From an uncultured Clostridia bacterium (GTDB lineage Bacteria > Bacillota > Clostridia > UBA1381 > UMGS1253), in contig CAKSHB010000001.1 in the NCBI GenBank assembly GCA_934456295.1, forward strand, positions 174 through 64,173: a DNA stretch of 64,000 bases, in the 5' to 3' direction. A program made the position numbers and the translations under genes. Positions 29,511 to 38,546 of the stretch are shown piece by piece. Below the pieces are notes generated by a model. It had not been told where the DNA came from. It saw only the letters and a program-made list of their open reading frames with translations, and made no database searches. The stretch's first letter is position 1. Each line of letters begins with the position of its first letter.

Positions 29511-29577
29511 CATGTTTGTTTTTATTTGGTGTATGCTGCGGTATAAAAATAAAATTTAAAAAATTTTGAAAAAAGTG

Positions 29578-29606
29578 TTGACAAGGTGAAAAAAATGGTG
29601 TATACT
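29578..29606 (+). promoter_or_regulatory. Sigma-A promoter upstream of glutamine synthetase
   Basis: TTGACA (29578-29583), a 17-nt spacer, then TATACT (29601-29606). Confidence 0.55.
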
Positions 29607-29622
29607 TACCATTGTAAACAGC

Positions 29623-29666
29623 AAAGGCGCTGTGAGTTATATTCTCACAGTGCCTTTATTTATTTT
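29623..29666 (+). terminator. Terminator-like hairpin in the glnA leader
   Basis: A 14-bp stem aaaggcgctgtgag/ctcacagtgccttt (one G-U pair) followed by auuuauuuua. It begins about 10-15 nt after the predicted TSS and ends 68 nt before the glnA ATG. Confidence 0.5.
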
Positions 29667-29733
29667 ATTAAGCGTAATTTAAAACGCGGCTGTTACACAT
29701 GCTTTCGTATATGATTTAAGGGAGGTTTTTATT

Positions 29734-31827
29734 ATGAGCAACATACCCGAGATGTTCGGCAGTTTGGTTTTTAACGACAAGGTAATGCGTGAGAGATTGC
29801 CGAAAGCGACCTATAAGGAATTGCAGAAAACTATCAACGAAGGAAAAAATCTTGACATTGACGTTGCAAATGTGGTTGCAAACGCAATGAAGGATTGGGC
29901 TGTTGAAAAAGGTGCGACACATTATACCCATTGGTTCCAGCCGATGACAGGTATAACCGCCGAGAAGCATGACAGTTTCATTTCGCCGAGCGGCAACGGT
30001 GAGATTATAATGGAGTTTTCGGGCAAAGAGCTCATTAAGGGCGAGCCTGACGCGTCATCGTTTCCTTCGGGCGGACTTCGTTCAACATTTGAGGCGAGAG
30101 GATATACAGCTTGGGATCCGACATCATATGCTTTCATCAAGGACGGCACGCTTTGCATACCGACAGCGTTTTGTTCATACGGCGGCGAGGTGCTCGATAA
30201 AAAGACTCCGCTGCTGCGCTCTATGGAAGCGATTGACAAGCAGGCAATCCGCATATTAAGGCTGTTCGGCAACACAACCTCAAAGCATGTTGTTACAACG
30301 GTAGGTCCCGAACAGGAATACTTCCTTGTTGACAGAGATATGTATAATAAGAGAAAAGACTTGATTTTTGCGGGCAGAACGCTTTTCGGTGCAAAGGCGC
30401 CGAAGGGACAGGAACTTGAGGACCATTATTTCGGCGCAATCAAGCCGCGTGTGGTTGCATATATGAAGGAGCTTGACGAGGAGCTTTGGAAGCTTGGCAT
30501 ACTTGCAAAAACAAAGCACAATGAGGTTGCACCGGCACAGCATGAGCTTGCACCTATATTTACAACAACAAATATTGCTACCGACCACAATCAGCTTACA
30601 ATGGAAACAATGAAAAAGGTTGCGTTAAGACATAATCTTGTGTGCCTGCTTCATGAAAAACCGTTTGCAGGCGTAAACGGAAGCGGTAAGCATAATAACT
30701 GGTCAATTTCGACAGATGACGGCAAAAACCTGCTTGAGCCGGGCAAAAAGCCGTATGAGAACAAACAGTTTTTGCTGTTCCTGGCAGCAGTAATAAAGGC
30801 TGTTGACGAATATCAGGATTTACTTAGAATTTCGGTTGCAAATGCAGGAAACGACCACAGACTCGGTGCAAATGAGGCGCCTCCGGCGATTGTTTCAATG
30901 TTCTTGGGCGATGAGCTTCAGGGCATACTTGATGCGATAGAGAGCGGAGCTGTGTATGACAAGTCGGAGAAAATGGTTATGGAAACGGGCGTAAACTCGC
31001 TGCCGAATTTCGTTAAAGATACAACCGACAGAAACCGTACATCGCCGTTTGCGTTTACGGGCAATAAGTTTGAGTTCCGTATGCTCGGTTCGTCATCGTC
31101 TATTGCGTGCACAAACATCATGCTTAACACAATGGTTGCGGAGGAGCTTGATGAATTTGCAAATATTCTTGACGGTGCGGCTGATTTTGATAAGGCGGTT
31201 ACAGATATTATCAAAAAGACGCTTAAAGAGCACAAGAAAATCATATTTAATGGCAACAACTATTCGGACGAATGGGTTGCGGAGGCGGAAAAACGCGGAC
31301 TGCTTAACCTGAAAACAACGCCCGATGCGCTGAAACTGTATGTTTCGGATAAAAATATTAATCTGTTCACAAAGCATGGCATATATACCGAGGCTGAAAT
31401 CCGTTCAAGATATGAGATTTTGCTTGATAATTACAGCAAAGTGCTGCACATTGAGGCTCTGACGATGATAGATATGGCAAGAAAAGAAATCCTGCCGGCA
31501 TCTGTTTCATATGTGAAGGAACTGACAGACACTGCGGCAGCGAAAAAGTCAATTCTGGCATCGGTCAGCTGTGAGGCTGAGGAAGCTCTTGTTACAAAGC
31601 TTTCGGCGCTCAATGCAAGCCTTTATAAAAAGACAGACGCACTTGAAAGCGTATTGCTCGGCGTAAAGGATTATAGCGATGTAAGCGAGATTGCGTTCTA
31701 TTATAAGGACAATGTGCTTACGGCAATGCAAGAGCTGCGTGCGGTTGCCGACGAGATTGAAACGCTTGTCGGCGAGAAGTATTGGCCGTATCCGACATAC
31801 GGAGAGCTGCTCTTCGGTGTTCAGTAA
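29734..31827 (+). CDS. glnA: Glutamine synthetase type III
   Basis: 697 aa. The N-terminus [30 protein letters not shown]...[11 protein letters not shown] and the length are characteristic of GSIII (GlnN-type). Confidence 0.9.
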   Translation: MSNIPEMFGSLVFNDKVMRERLPKATYKELQKTINEGKNLDIDVANVVANAMKDWAVEKGATHYTHWFQPMTGITAEKHDSFISPSGNGEIIMEFSGKELIKGEPDASSFPSGGLRSTFEARGYTAWDPTSYAFIKDGTLCIPTAFCSYGGEVLDKKTPLLRSMEAIDKQAIRILRLFGNTTSKHVVTTVGPEQEYFLVDRDMYNKRKDLIFAGRTLFGAKAPKGQELEDHYFGAIKPRVVAYMKELDEELWKLGILAKTKHNEVAPAQHELAPIFTTTNIATDHNQLTMETMKKVALRHNLVCLLHEKPFAGVNGSGKHNNWSISTDDGKNLLEPGKKPYENKQFLLFLAAVIKAVDEYQDLLRISVANAGNDHRLGANEAPPAIVSMFLGDELQGILDAIESGAVYDKSEKMVMETGVNSLPNFVKDTTDRNRTSPFAFTGNKFEFRMLGSSSSIACTNIMLNTMVAEELDEFANILDGAADFDKAVTDIIKKTLKEHKKIIFNGNNYSDEWVAEAEKRGLLNLKTTPDALKLYVSDKNINLFTKHGIYTEAEIRSRYEILLDNYSKVLHIEALTMIDMARKEILPASVSYVKELTDTAAAKKSILASVSCEAEEALVTKLSALNASLYKKTDALESVLLGVKDYSDVSEIAFYYKDNVLTAMQELRAVADEIETLVGEKYWPYPTYGELLFGVQ

Positions 31828-31871
31828 TATAAAAAACGGTTTAAGTAAATAAAAAAAATTAATGCACAACG

Positions 31872-31921
31872 GCGTGTATTTCCGATACCCCTCAAAAGTA
31901 TCGGAGATACACGCTTTTTTT
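31872..31921 (+). terminator. Intrinsic terminator after glnA
   Basis: A 17-bp stem gcgtgtatttccgatac/gtatcggagatacacgc (one G-U pair) followed by T7. Confidence 0.75.
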
Positions 31922-31941
31922 ATAATTTTTTAAGAAAATAA

Positions 31942-33696
31942 ATGAAGAAGGATGTGTTTGCTATGACTGAATCAACAATTTTTGAAATGGTATCGGGCGA
32001 AGTGTTTGGCGTCTGGTTTCTGATAGGCGCTGCGCTTGTGTTCTGGATGCAGGCGGGCTTTGCGATGGTGGAAACAGGTTTTACAAGAGCAAAGAATGCA
32101 GGCAACATTATTATGAAGAACCTGATGGACTTCTGTATAGGTACGGTTGTGTTTATTCTGATAGGCTTTGGTTTGCTGCTCGGCGAGGACCTTGTGGGAC
32201 TTATCGGAAAACCGGGCTTTGACATTTTCACAAATTACGCAAATTTTGACTGGTCAAGTTTCGTGTTTAACCTCGTATTCTGTGCAACCGCGGCAACGAT
32301 TGTTTCCGGTGCCATGGCAGAGAGAACAAAGTTTTTGTCATACTGTATATATTCGGCTGTAATTTCGGCTTTGATTTATCCGATTGAGGCACACTGGATT
32401 TGGGGCGGCGGCTGGCTTGCACAGATGGGCTTCCATGATTTCGCAGGTTCGTGCGCAATACATATGGTAGGCGGTATTTCGGCGCTGATTGGTGCAAAAA
32501 TGCTTGGACCGCGTATCGGAAAGTTTAACAGGGACAAATCGGGCAAGGTTACAAAAGTAAACGCATTTCCGGGTCATAACCTCACTGTAGGCGCACTCGG
32601 CGTATTCATTCTCTGGCTCGGCTGGTACGGCTTCAACGGCGCTGCCGCAACATCAATTGACCAGCTCGGCTCGATATTTGTAACAACAACAGTAGCGCCT
32701 GCCGTTGCAACATGCTCATGTATGATATTCACATGGATAAAATACGGTAAGCCCGACGTTTCGATGTGTCTTAATGCTTCTCTGGCAGGTTTGGTAGGCG
32801 TTACGGCAGGCTGCGATGTTACAGACGTTCTCGGTGCAACGATTATCGGCGCTGTATCCGGCGTACTTGTAGTGTTCGGCGTATGGCTTCTTGACCACAA
32901 GTGGCACATAGATGACCCTGTCGGAGCTGTTGCGGTACATGCTTTAAACGGAATCTGGGGTACGCTTGCGGTAGGCTTGTTTGCAACAACATCGGCTCCC
33001 GAAAGCACTTTGACGGGCCTTTTCTACGGCGGCGGATTTGAACTTCTGGGCATGCAGCTGCTCGGTATAGCAGCGGTGCTTGCGTGGACTGCGGTAACGA
33101 TTACAATTACATTCCTCGTTATCAGAGCCACGGTCGGACTTCGTGTTACGAAGGAGGAAGAAATTGAAGGTCTTGATATTACGGAGCATGGCTTGGTAAG
33201 CAGTTATGCAGACTTTATGCCCATGTCGCCGTACGGCGCCGGAATGGCTGCACAGGTAACGGCAAGCTCGCCTGTTTCTATAGATGAGGCAGTGCCGGTA
33301 GAGCTTGCGTCCGCACCGAAGGGAACTGCAACCGCATCTGATGTCAAGTTTACAAAAGTCGCCATTGTTGCAAAGCAGAGTATGTTTGACTCGCTGAAAA
33401 ATGCGATGAATGATATCGGTGTAACAGGCATGACGGTAACAAATGTTCTCGGCTGCGGTGTGCAGAAGGGTGCGCCCGAATATTACAGAGGCGTTGAGGT
33501 TGATATGCACCTGCTTCCGAAAATCAAAGTTGAGATTGTTGTGTGCAAAGTGCCCGTAAGCACGGTTATTGAAGCGGCGAAGAAGGCTCTTTACACAGGA
33601 CATATCGGCGACGGCAAGATATTCGTATATAACGTTGAGGATGTTGTAAAAATCCGTACGGGCGAAAGCGGATACGATGCATTGCAGGACGATTGA
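31942..33696 (+). CDS. amt: Ammonium transporter (Amt) fused to a C-terminal PII (GlnB/GlnK) domain
   Basis: The N-terminal ~410 aa are Amt-like (FWMQAGFAMVETG, AGSCAIHMVGG). A linker is followed by a ~115-aa PII domain with a T-loop (GCGVQKGAPEYYRG) and B-loop (TGHIGDGKIFVYNVEDVVKIRTGE). Confidence 0.88.
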   Translation: MKKDVFAMTESTIFEMVSGEVFGVWFLIGAALVFWMQAGFAMVETGFTRAKNAGNIIMKNLMDFCIGTVVFILIGFGLLLGEDLVGLIGKPGFDIFTNYANFDWSSFVFNLVFCATAATIVSGAMAERTKFLSYCIYSAVISALIYPIEAHWIWGGGWLAQMGFHDFAGSCAIHMVGGISALIGAKMLGPRIGKFNRDKSGKVTKVNAFPGHNLTVGALGVFILWLGWYGFNGAAATSIDQLGSIFVTTTVAPAVATCSCMIFTWIKYGKPDVSMCLNASLAGLVGVTAGCDVTDVLGATIIGAVSGVLVVFGVWLLDHKWHIDDPVGAVAVHALNGIWGTLAVGLFATTSAPESTLTGLFYGGGFELLGMQLLGIAAVLAWTAVTITITFLVIRATVGLRVTKEEEIEGLDITEHGLVSSYADFMPMSPYGAGMAAQVTASSPVSIDEAVPVELASAPKGTATASDVKFTKVAIVAKQSMFDSLKNAMNDIGVTGMTVTNVLGCGVQKGAPEYYRGVEVDMHLLPKIKVEIVVCKVPVSTVIEAAKKALYTGHIGDGKIFVYNVEDVVKIRTGESGYDALQDD

Positions 33697-33742
33697 TACC
33701 GGTGCGTATATAACGAAAAAACAACGGACACAAAATAAAAAA

Positions 33743-33773
33743 GCGCGGAAATTAAAATTTTCCGTGCTTTTTT
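33743..33773 (+). terminator. Intrinsic terminator after amt
   Basis: Stem gcgcggaaa/tttccgtgc followed by T6. Confidence 0.7.
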
Positions 33774-33776
33774 GCT

Positions 33777-33805
33777 TTGACTTTTGAAATTCGTTGTAGT
33801 ATAAT
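33777..33805 (+). promoter_or_regulatory. Sigma-A promoter of the carD-like gene
   Basis: TTGACT, a 17-nt spacer, then TATAAT. Confidence 0.6.
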
Positions 33806-33932
33806 ATATACATAAGCGGAGAAAAATAACAGTGCGAAACACTATTAAAAGCACAAATGAAAATACAATTGCGGAAAGGCGGCGTTTTGCAGAGCTGTTT
33901 ATTTCGGCTTTATGCTTGGAGGGGGATATAAA

Positions 33933-34430
33933 GTGAGTTACAAAATAGGGGACAGAGTTTTGTATCCGATGCACGGCGCCGGTGTTATTGAGGCTATAGA
34001 AGAAAAGAAGATACTCGGCGAAACACATGCATATTATGTGATGCGTTTGCCTGCCGGCGATATGAAGGTTATGATACCGATGCAGCATGTTGATGAAATC
34101 GGAGTGCGCGATATCATAAGCCGCGATGAGGCAGCCGATGTAATCGCCCATTTCGGCATGCATATGAACGGTGACGATTCAAACTGGAACAAGCGTTTCC
34201 GCGATAATATGGCAAAGCTGAAGAGCGGCGATATAAAAGAGGTTCTCGGAGTGGTAAAAAACCTGATGTGCCGCGATAAGAAAAAAGGCTTGTCTACGGG
34301 AGAGCGCAAAATGCTCTCAAATGCAAAGCAGATTTTGATAAGCGAGCTTGTGCTTACAGATGTCGCGGGCGTTGATGAAATTGAGAAACGGCTTGAGGCT
34401 GCTGTTGCAGATGAGCTGAAAGCTGTGTGA
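33933..34430 (+). CDS. CarD/CdnL-family RNA-polymerase-binding regulator
   Basis: GTG start 7 nt after GGAGGGGG. YKIGDRVLYPMHGAGVIEAIEEK is the typical CarD_TRCF N-terminal Tudor-like motif. Confidence 0.85.
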   Translation: MSYKIGDRVLYPMHGAGVIEAIEEKKILGETHAYYVMRLPAGDMKVMIPMQHVDEIGVRDIISRDEAADVIAHFGMHMNGDDSNWNKRFRDNMAKLKSGDIKEVLGVVKNLMCRDKKKGLSTGERKMLSNAKQILISELVLTDVAGVDEIEKRLEAAVADELKAV

Positions 34431-34590
34431 GGCGGCAGACGGAACTAAACCCAAATCGGGACTTTGCAAAAATGCATAAGTTCCGTTTTTTTGTGCATAT
34501 ATTTTTGTGCATACAGAGGCAGACAGAAGGACAAAAACGGCGGAAAATGCCATATAAAGCCGATAAGTTGACAAAATAGAAAGGTAATGA

Positions 34591-34619
34591 TTGACAGAGA
34601 TGTTCTTTTGTTATACAAT
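34591..34619 (+). promoter_or_regulatory. Sigma-A promoter of the femAB-alr pair
   Basis: TTGACA (34591-34596), a 17-nt spacer, then TACAAT (34614-34619). Confidence 0.55.
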
Positions 34620-34638
34620 AAATATGTTATGGGTATAA

Positions 34639-34680
34639 AAATATGCGCGCACAGGAAAATTTCATGCAAATATGCGCGCA
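34639..34680 (+). repeat. Two copies of AAATATGCGCGCA (palindromic TGCGCGCA core) in the femAB 5' UTR
   Basis: Identical 13-mers at 34639-34651 and 34668-34680, 29 nt apart, between the predicted TSS and the RBS. Confidence 0.6.
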
Positions 34681-34704
34681 AACAGAATGCGGAGGAAATT
34701 AGAA

Positions 34705-35832
34705 ATGAAGCTTCTTACACCGGACAGATATGAGGAATATGAAAATTTTGTATGGAATAATAAAAAGGGACATTTTTTGCAGTCGCTCAGATGGGCGAAG
34801 GTTAAGGATATGTGGAAAAATGAGGTTATAATTGCGGAGGACGAGAACGGAAAAATAAAAGGTTCGATGTCGCTGCTTATAAGAAAAATCCCGTTTTTCC
34901 CGCTTACGATAATGTATTCGGCACGCGGACCCGTCTGCGATATATATGACGAGGCTACAATAAAGGAGCTTATCGACGGTGCAAAGGAGCTTGCAAAAAA
35001 GCATAAGAGCTATGTGCTCAAAATTGACCCCGATGTACCGGCGGATGATGAAAAATTCTGCTCGATGATGTCAAAGCTTGGGTTCAGATTTAACAAATCG
35101 AAAAACTTTGAGGGCGTACAGCCGCGCTTTGTGTTCCGCAAAACGATGACCGGCATGAGCGAGGACGAGGTTCTGGCAAGCTTTGAGAGCAAAACGCGCT
35201 ATAATGTGCGCGTTGCTATACGAAAAGGCGTAACCTGCCGCATAGGCACAAAAGAGGATTTGCCGGCATTTTGCAAAATTATGATGGATACGGGCGTGCG
35301 TGACGGTTTTATTCCGCGTTCGCTTGAATATTTTGAAAAAATGTATGACGAGATGGGCGATTATCTGCGCCTGTATCTGATATATCACGGCGACAAGCTG
35401 CTTTCGGGAGCTGTTGCGATACTTTACGGAAACAAGGTATGGTATTTGTACGGCGCAAGCAGCAATGAGGACAGGAACCTCATGCCGAACTATCTCATGC
35501 AGTGGGAAATGATGAAGTGGGCGGTTGAGAATAAATGTGACATATATGACTTCCGCGGAGTTTCGGGCGACCTCAACAAGGGTCAGCCGCTGTACGGGCT
35601 GTATCGTTTCAAAAAGGGTTTCACGGGCGATTTTGTGGAGTTTGTCGGTGCGCTCGATTATGTATTTAATCCGTTTATGTACTTCTTTATAGAGAAGGGC
35701 GAGCGCACATACCGCGAGCTGCGCCGCAGAATGTTCCTCAGAAAGAATAAAGATTTATTACCCGATAAGGTGCGTGAAACTGCAAATGAAAAAGCTTGTT
35801 GTACAAAAGAAACAACTGACGCAGAACATTAA
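34705..35832 (+). CDS. FemAB-family peptidoglycan interpeptide-bridge aminoacyltransferase
   Basis: MKLLTPDRYEEYENFVWNNKKGHFLQSLRWAKVK... with a duplicated GNAT-like fold (YLYGASSNEDRNLMPNYLMQWEMMKWA) and a basic C-terminal tail. ATG 34705 follows GGAGG. Confidence 0.8.
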   Translation: MKLLTPDRYEEYENFVWNNKKGHFLQSLRWAKVKDMWKNEVIIAEDENGKIKGSMSLLIRKIPFFPLTIMYSARGPVCDIYDEATIKELIDGAKELAKKHKSYVLKIDPDVPADDEKFCSMMSKLGFRFNKSKNFEGVQPRFVFRKTMTGMSEDEVLASFESKTRYNVRVAIRKGVTCRIGTKEDLPAFCKIMMDTGVRDGFIPRSLEYFEKMYDEMGDYLRLYLIYHGDKLLSGAVAILYGNKVWYLYGASSNEDRNLMPNYLMQWEMMKWAVENKCDIYDFRGVSGDLNKGQPLYGLYRFKKGFTGDFVEFVGALDYVFNPFMYFFIEKGERTYRELRRRMFLRKNKDLLPDKVRETANEKACCTKETTDAEH

Positions 35833-36883
35833 GAAAATACTTGAGCATGCGCGTCTGAACGGCTCGGAGGTTATTGCCATGCTGAAGGGCAACGGCTATG
35901 GCCTCGGCATATGCAAATTTGCGCGCCTGCTTCTGCAAAACGGTGTAAAAATGCTTGCCGTGAGCGAGTTTTGTGAGGCAAAAGAGCTTCGCGAAAACGG
36001 AATTGGGGCAGAAATTATCCTTCTGTCGCCCATGTGTGATTTGAATGAGGCAGCAGAGGCGGTAAAATTGGGGATTGTGTGTGCTGTCGGCAGCGAGGAG
36101 TCGGCGCTGGTGCTGAATATTGCTGCGGCACAGCAGAATATGCGTGCACGTGCACATGTGTGCCTTGACACGGGGTTCGGACGTTTCGGGTTCCTTGCGG
36201 ACGATATTGACGGTATTGATGAGGCACTCGGGCGCATGAGAGATGTTGATATAGAAGGCATATTTTCGCATTTGTCAAATTCGTTCGGCGAGGAAAAATA
36301 TTCGCGCATGCAGTTTGACGCGTTTAATGAGGCTGTTATGAGGCTGAATGAGCGCGGATATTCGTTTAAAATAAAGCACATATGCAATTCATGCGCGTTT
36401 ATGCGCTTTCCCGACATGGGGCTTGACGCGGTGCGTGTCGGTTCGGCGTTTCTGGGCAGACTGCCCGTAAAAAATACGCTCAAGCTTGACAGAATTGCTT
36501 ATCTTGAGAGCTGCATATGCGAGATGAAAACGCTGCCGAAGGGACATAATATCGGGTATGCGAACACATATGAAACAAAGCGTGAAACGAAAATTGCAGT
36601 AATTCCCGTCGGCTATAAGGACGGGTTCGGTATTCAGAAAAGCAATGACGCATTTCGTTTCAAAGATATACTGCGCTATATATATGCAGACGTAAAGCTG
36701 CTGTTCGGAAAAAATACGACATATGTTACCGTCGGGGATAAAAAATGTCCTTTGCTCGGACGCGTAAGCATGTTTAATATAATTGCCGATATCACGGGAA
36801 CCGACGCACAGGTCGGCGACGCGGTGCGGCTTGAGTGCAATCCGATACTTATTGACAGCTCAATAGAAAGAGAATATCTGTAA
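35786..36883 (+). CDS. alr: Alanine racemase-family PLP enzyme
   Basis: PLP-lysine motif AMLKGNGYGLG, and IPVGYKDGF and GRVSMFNI resemble Alr motifs. The start overlaps the 3' end of femAB (ATG 35786, or GTG 35774). Confidence 0.75.
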   Translation: MKKLVVQKKQLTQNIKKILEHARLNGSEVIAMLKGNGYGLGICKFARLLLQNGVKMLAVSEFCEAKELRENGIGAEIILLSPMCDLNEAAEAVKLGIVCAVGSEESALVLNIAAAQQNMRARAHVCLDTGFGRFGFLADDIDGIDEALGRMRDVDIEGIFSHLSNSFGEEKYSRMQFDAFNEAVMRLNERGYSFKIKHICNSCAFMRFPDMGLDAVRVGSAFLGRLPVKNTLKLDRIAYLESCICEMKTLPKGHNIGYANTYETKRETKIAVIPVGYKDGFGIQKSNDAFRFKDILRYIYADVKLLFGKNTTYVTVGDKKCPLLGRVSMFNIIADITGTDAQVGDAVRLECNPILIDSSIEREYL

Positions 36884-36921
36884 AATCCGGCTTAAAACCC
36901 GGAAAATGAAGGAGAATGTTA

Positions 36922-37995
36922 ATGTTTGATAAGCTGGCGTTTATCGAAGAAAAATATGAAGATTTGAGTAAAAAAATAAGCGATCCGCAGATTATTGCGG
37001 ACAACGAAACATGGAGCAAATACTGCAAGGAACATTCGGACATAACGCCGATTGTGGAAAAATACCGTGAATATAAAGCTGCCATGGAAACTGTTTCCGA
37101 TGCTGAGGAGATGCTGAAAGACAACAATGACAAGGAATTTGAGGAGATGCTCCGTTCCGAGCTTTCCGAGGCACAGGAGAAGATAGCACTTTGTGAGCAG
37201 GAGCTTAAAATACTTTTGCTGCCGAAGGACCCGAATGACGATAAAAACGTTATCATAGAAATCCGCGGCGGTGCCGGCGGAGATGAGGCGGCGCTGTTTG
37301 CGGCAGATTTGATGCGTATGTACAGCATGTATGCCGAGGCGAAGAACTGGAAAATTGACATAATGAACACAAATGAAACCGATATCGGCGGCTATAAAGA
37401 AATTTCGTTTATGCTTGTCGGGCAGGGAGCATACAGCCGCCTGAAGTTTGAAAGCGGAGTGCACAGGGTTCAGCGTGTGCCGTCAACAGAGTCAAGCGGA
37501 CGCATACACACTTCAACCGTTACGGTTGCGGTGCTTCCGGAGGTTGAGGACGTTGAGGTTGAAATTAATCAGAATGATTTGAGAATTGATGTGTTCCGCG
37601 CCGGCGGTCCGGGCGGTCAGTGTGTAAACACGACGGACTCTGCCGTCAGGATAACGCATTTGCCAACAGGGCTTGTTGTGTCGTGTCAGGACGAAAAATC
37701 ACAGCATAAAAATAAGGATAAGGCAATGAAAATTCTGCGTTCGCGCTTATATGACCTCATAAGCTCTCAGCAGCATGAGGAAATTGCGCAGAACAGAAAG
37801 AGCCAGGTCGGTACGGGGGACAGAAGCGAGAGAATCAGAACATATAATTTTCCTCAGGGACGTGTCACCGACCACAGAATAGGACTCACGCTGCACAAGC
37901 TTGAGGCTGTGCTTAACGGCGATTTGGACGAATTGATTGATGCGCTGATTACTGCGGATCAGAGTGAAAAGCTGAAAGCAAACGGCGGAGAATAA
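36922..37995 (+). CDS. prfA: Peptide chain release factor 1
   Basis: PST tripeptide ([17 protein letters not shown]) and GGQ motif ([23 protein letters not shown]). Confidence 0.95.
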   Translation: MFDKLAFIEEKYEDLSKKISDPQIIADNETWSKYCKEHSDITPIVEKYREYKAAMETVSDAEEMLKDNNDKEFEEMLRSELSEAQEKIALCEQELKILLLPKDPNDDKNVIIEIRGGAGGDEAALFAADLMRMYSMYAEAKNWKIDIMNTNETDIGGYKEISFMLVGQGAYSRLKFESGVHRVQRVPSTESSGRIHTSTVTVAVLPEVEDVEVEINQNDLRIDVFRAGGPGGQCVNTTDSAVRITHLPTGLVVSCQDEKSQHKNKDKAMKILRSRLYDLISSQQHEEIAQNRKSQVGTGDRSERIRTYNFPQGRVTDHRIGLTLHKLEAVLNGDLDELIDALITADQSEKLKANGGE

Positions 37996-38031
37996 GCAAG
38001 TATGTGAACGGAAATAGTATAGAAATTAAAA

Positions 38032-38055
38032 AGGTGCGTTTGAAAAAACGCACCT
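38032..38055. terminator. Hairpin terminator between convergent prfA and the TM2 gene
   Basis: A 10-bp stem aggtgcgttt/aaacgcacct. There is a T-run on the minus-strand side and an A-run on the plus-strand side. Confidence 0.65.
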
Positions 38056-38074
38056 ATTATATTGTAAGTTTGAG

Positions 38075-38431
38075 TTATGAAAGCGGATTTCCCGAGGCAT
38101 CCGTGCGCACATTTCCGGCGAGAATAAGTATTCCGTCTATGATGGGCCATATCACACCTGTGCCGCCGGTGATAAATGTGAACACAAGCTGCAATATTGC
38201 GATGGTGTTATAGCCGAGATAAAAGCGGCCCGCACCTATAAATCCGAGAAATATCTGCATAAGACCGGCAGCTATGCGCGACTTTGCGTGTGAAAACTCG
38301 AAGTCGGGCTTTACATGCTTAACCTCATATGCCGATTCGTCATACGGATTATTTCCGCACTGGCTGCATTTTGTTGAATTGTCGGGAATTTCAGCGCCGC
38401 AGGATTTGCAGAACACAACACATACCTCCAA
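38075..38431 (-). CDS. Zinc-ribbon plus TM2-domain membrane protein
   Basis: An N-terminal CxxC...CxxC (CKSCGAEIPDNSTKCSQCG) and a C-terminal TM2-like region (GLMQIFLGFIGAGRFYLGY...GVIWPIIDGI). Confidence 0.75.
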   Translation of the reverse strand: MEVCVVFCKSCGAEIPDNSTKCSQCGNNPYDESAYEVKHVKPDFEFSHAKSRIAAGLMQIFLGFIGAGRFYLGYNTIAILQLVFTFITGGTGVIWPIIDGILILAGNVRTDASGNPLS

Positions 38432-38546
38432 AACGATTATTGATTTTCCGATATATTAAGTATATACGATATTTGCGAAAAAACAATAAAAAGAGCTGTT
38501 TTGGAGATTAAAATTTACAATTTATTAAAAAATAGCGGAGTATGTA

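Noticed and set aside
29358-29546. A 62-aa ORF (MKGVYFILRRVIMIVTSQ...PLCPPLNERTAAPPNRRFF) spanning the C-rich element.
   Set aside because: It has no RBS. The proline runs are a direct product of the C5-C7 tracts, and the ORF runs straight through a terminator hairpin. The region is better explained as non-coding RNA.
29219-29560. I considered a Leu T-box leader for leuCDB, because the minus strand is G-rich (GGGGGGUGCGGCGG).
   Set aside because: The sequence does not match the T-box core AGGGUGGNACCGCG. A reasonable extended -10 promoter for leuC sits only about 45 nt from the start codon. The strong U-tract is on the + strand, not on the leu strand.
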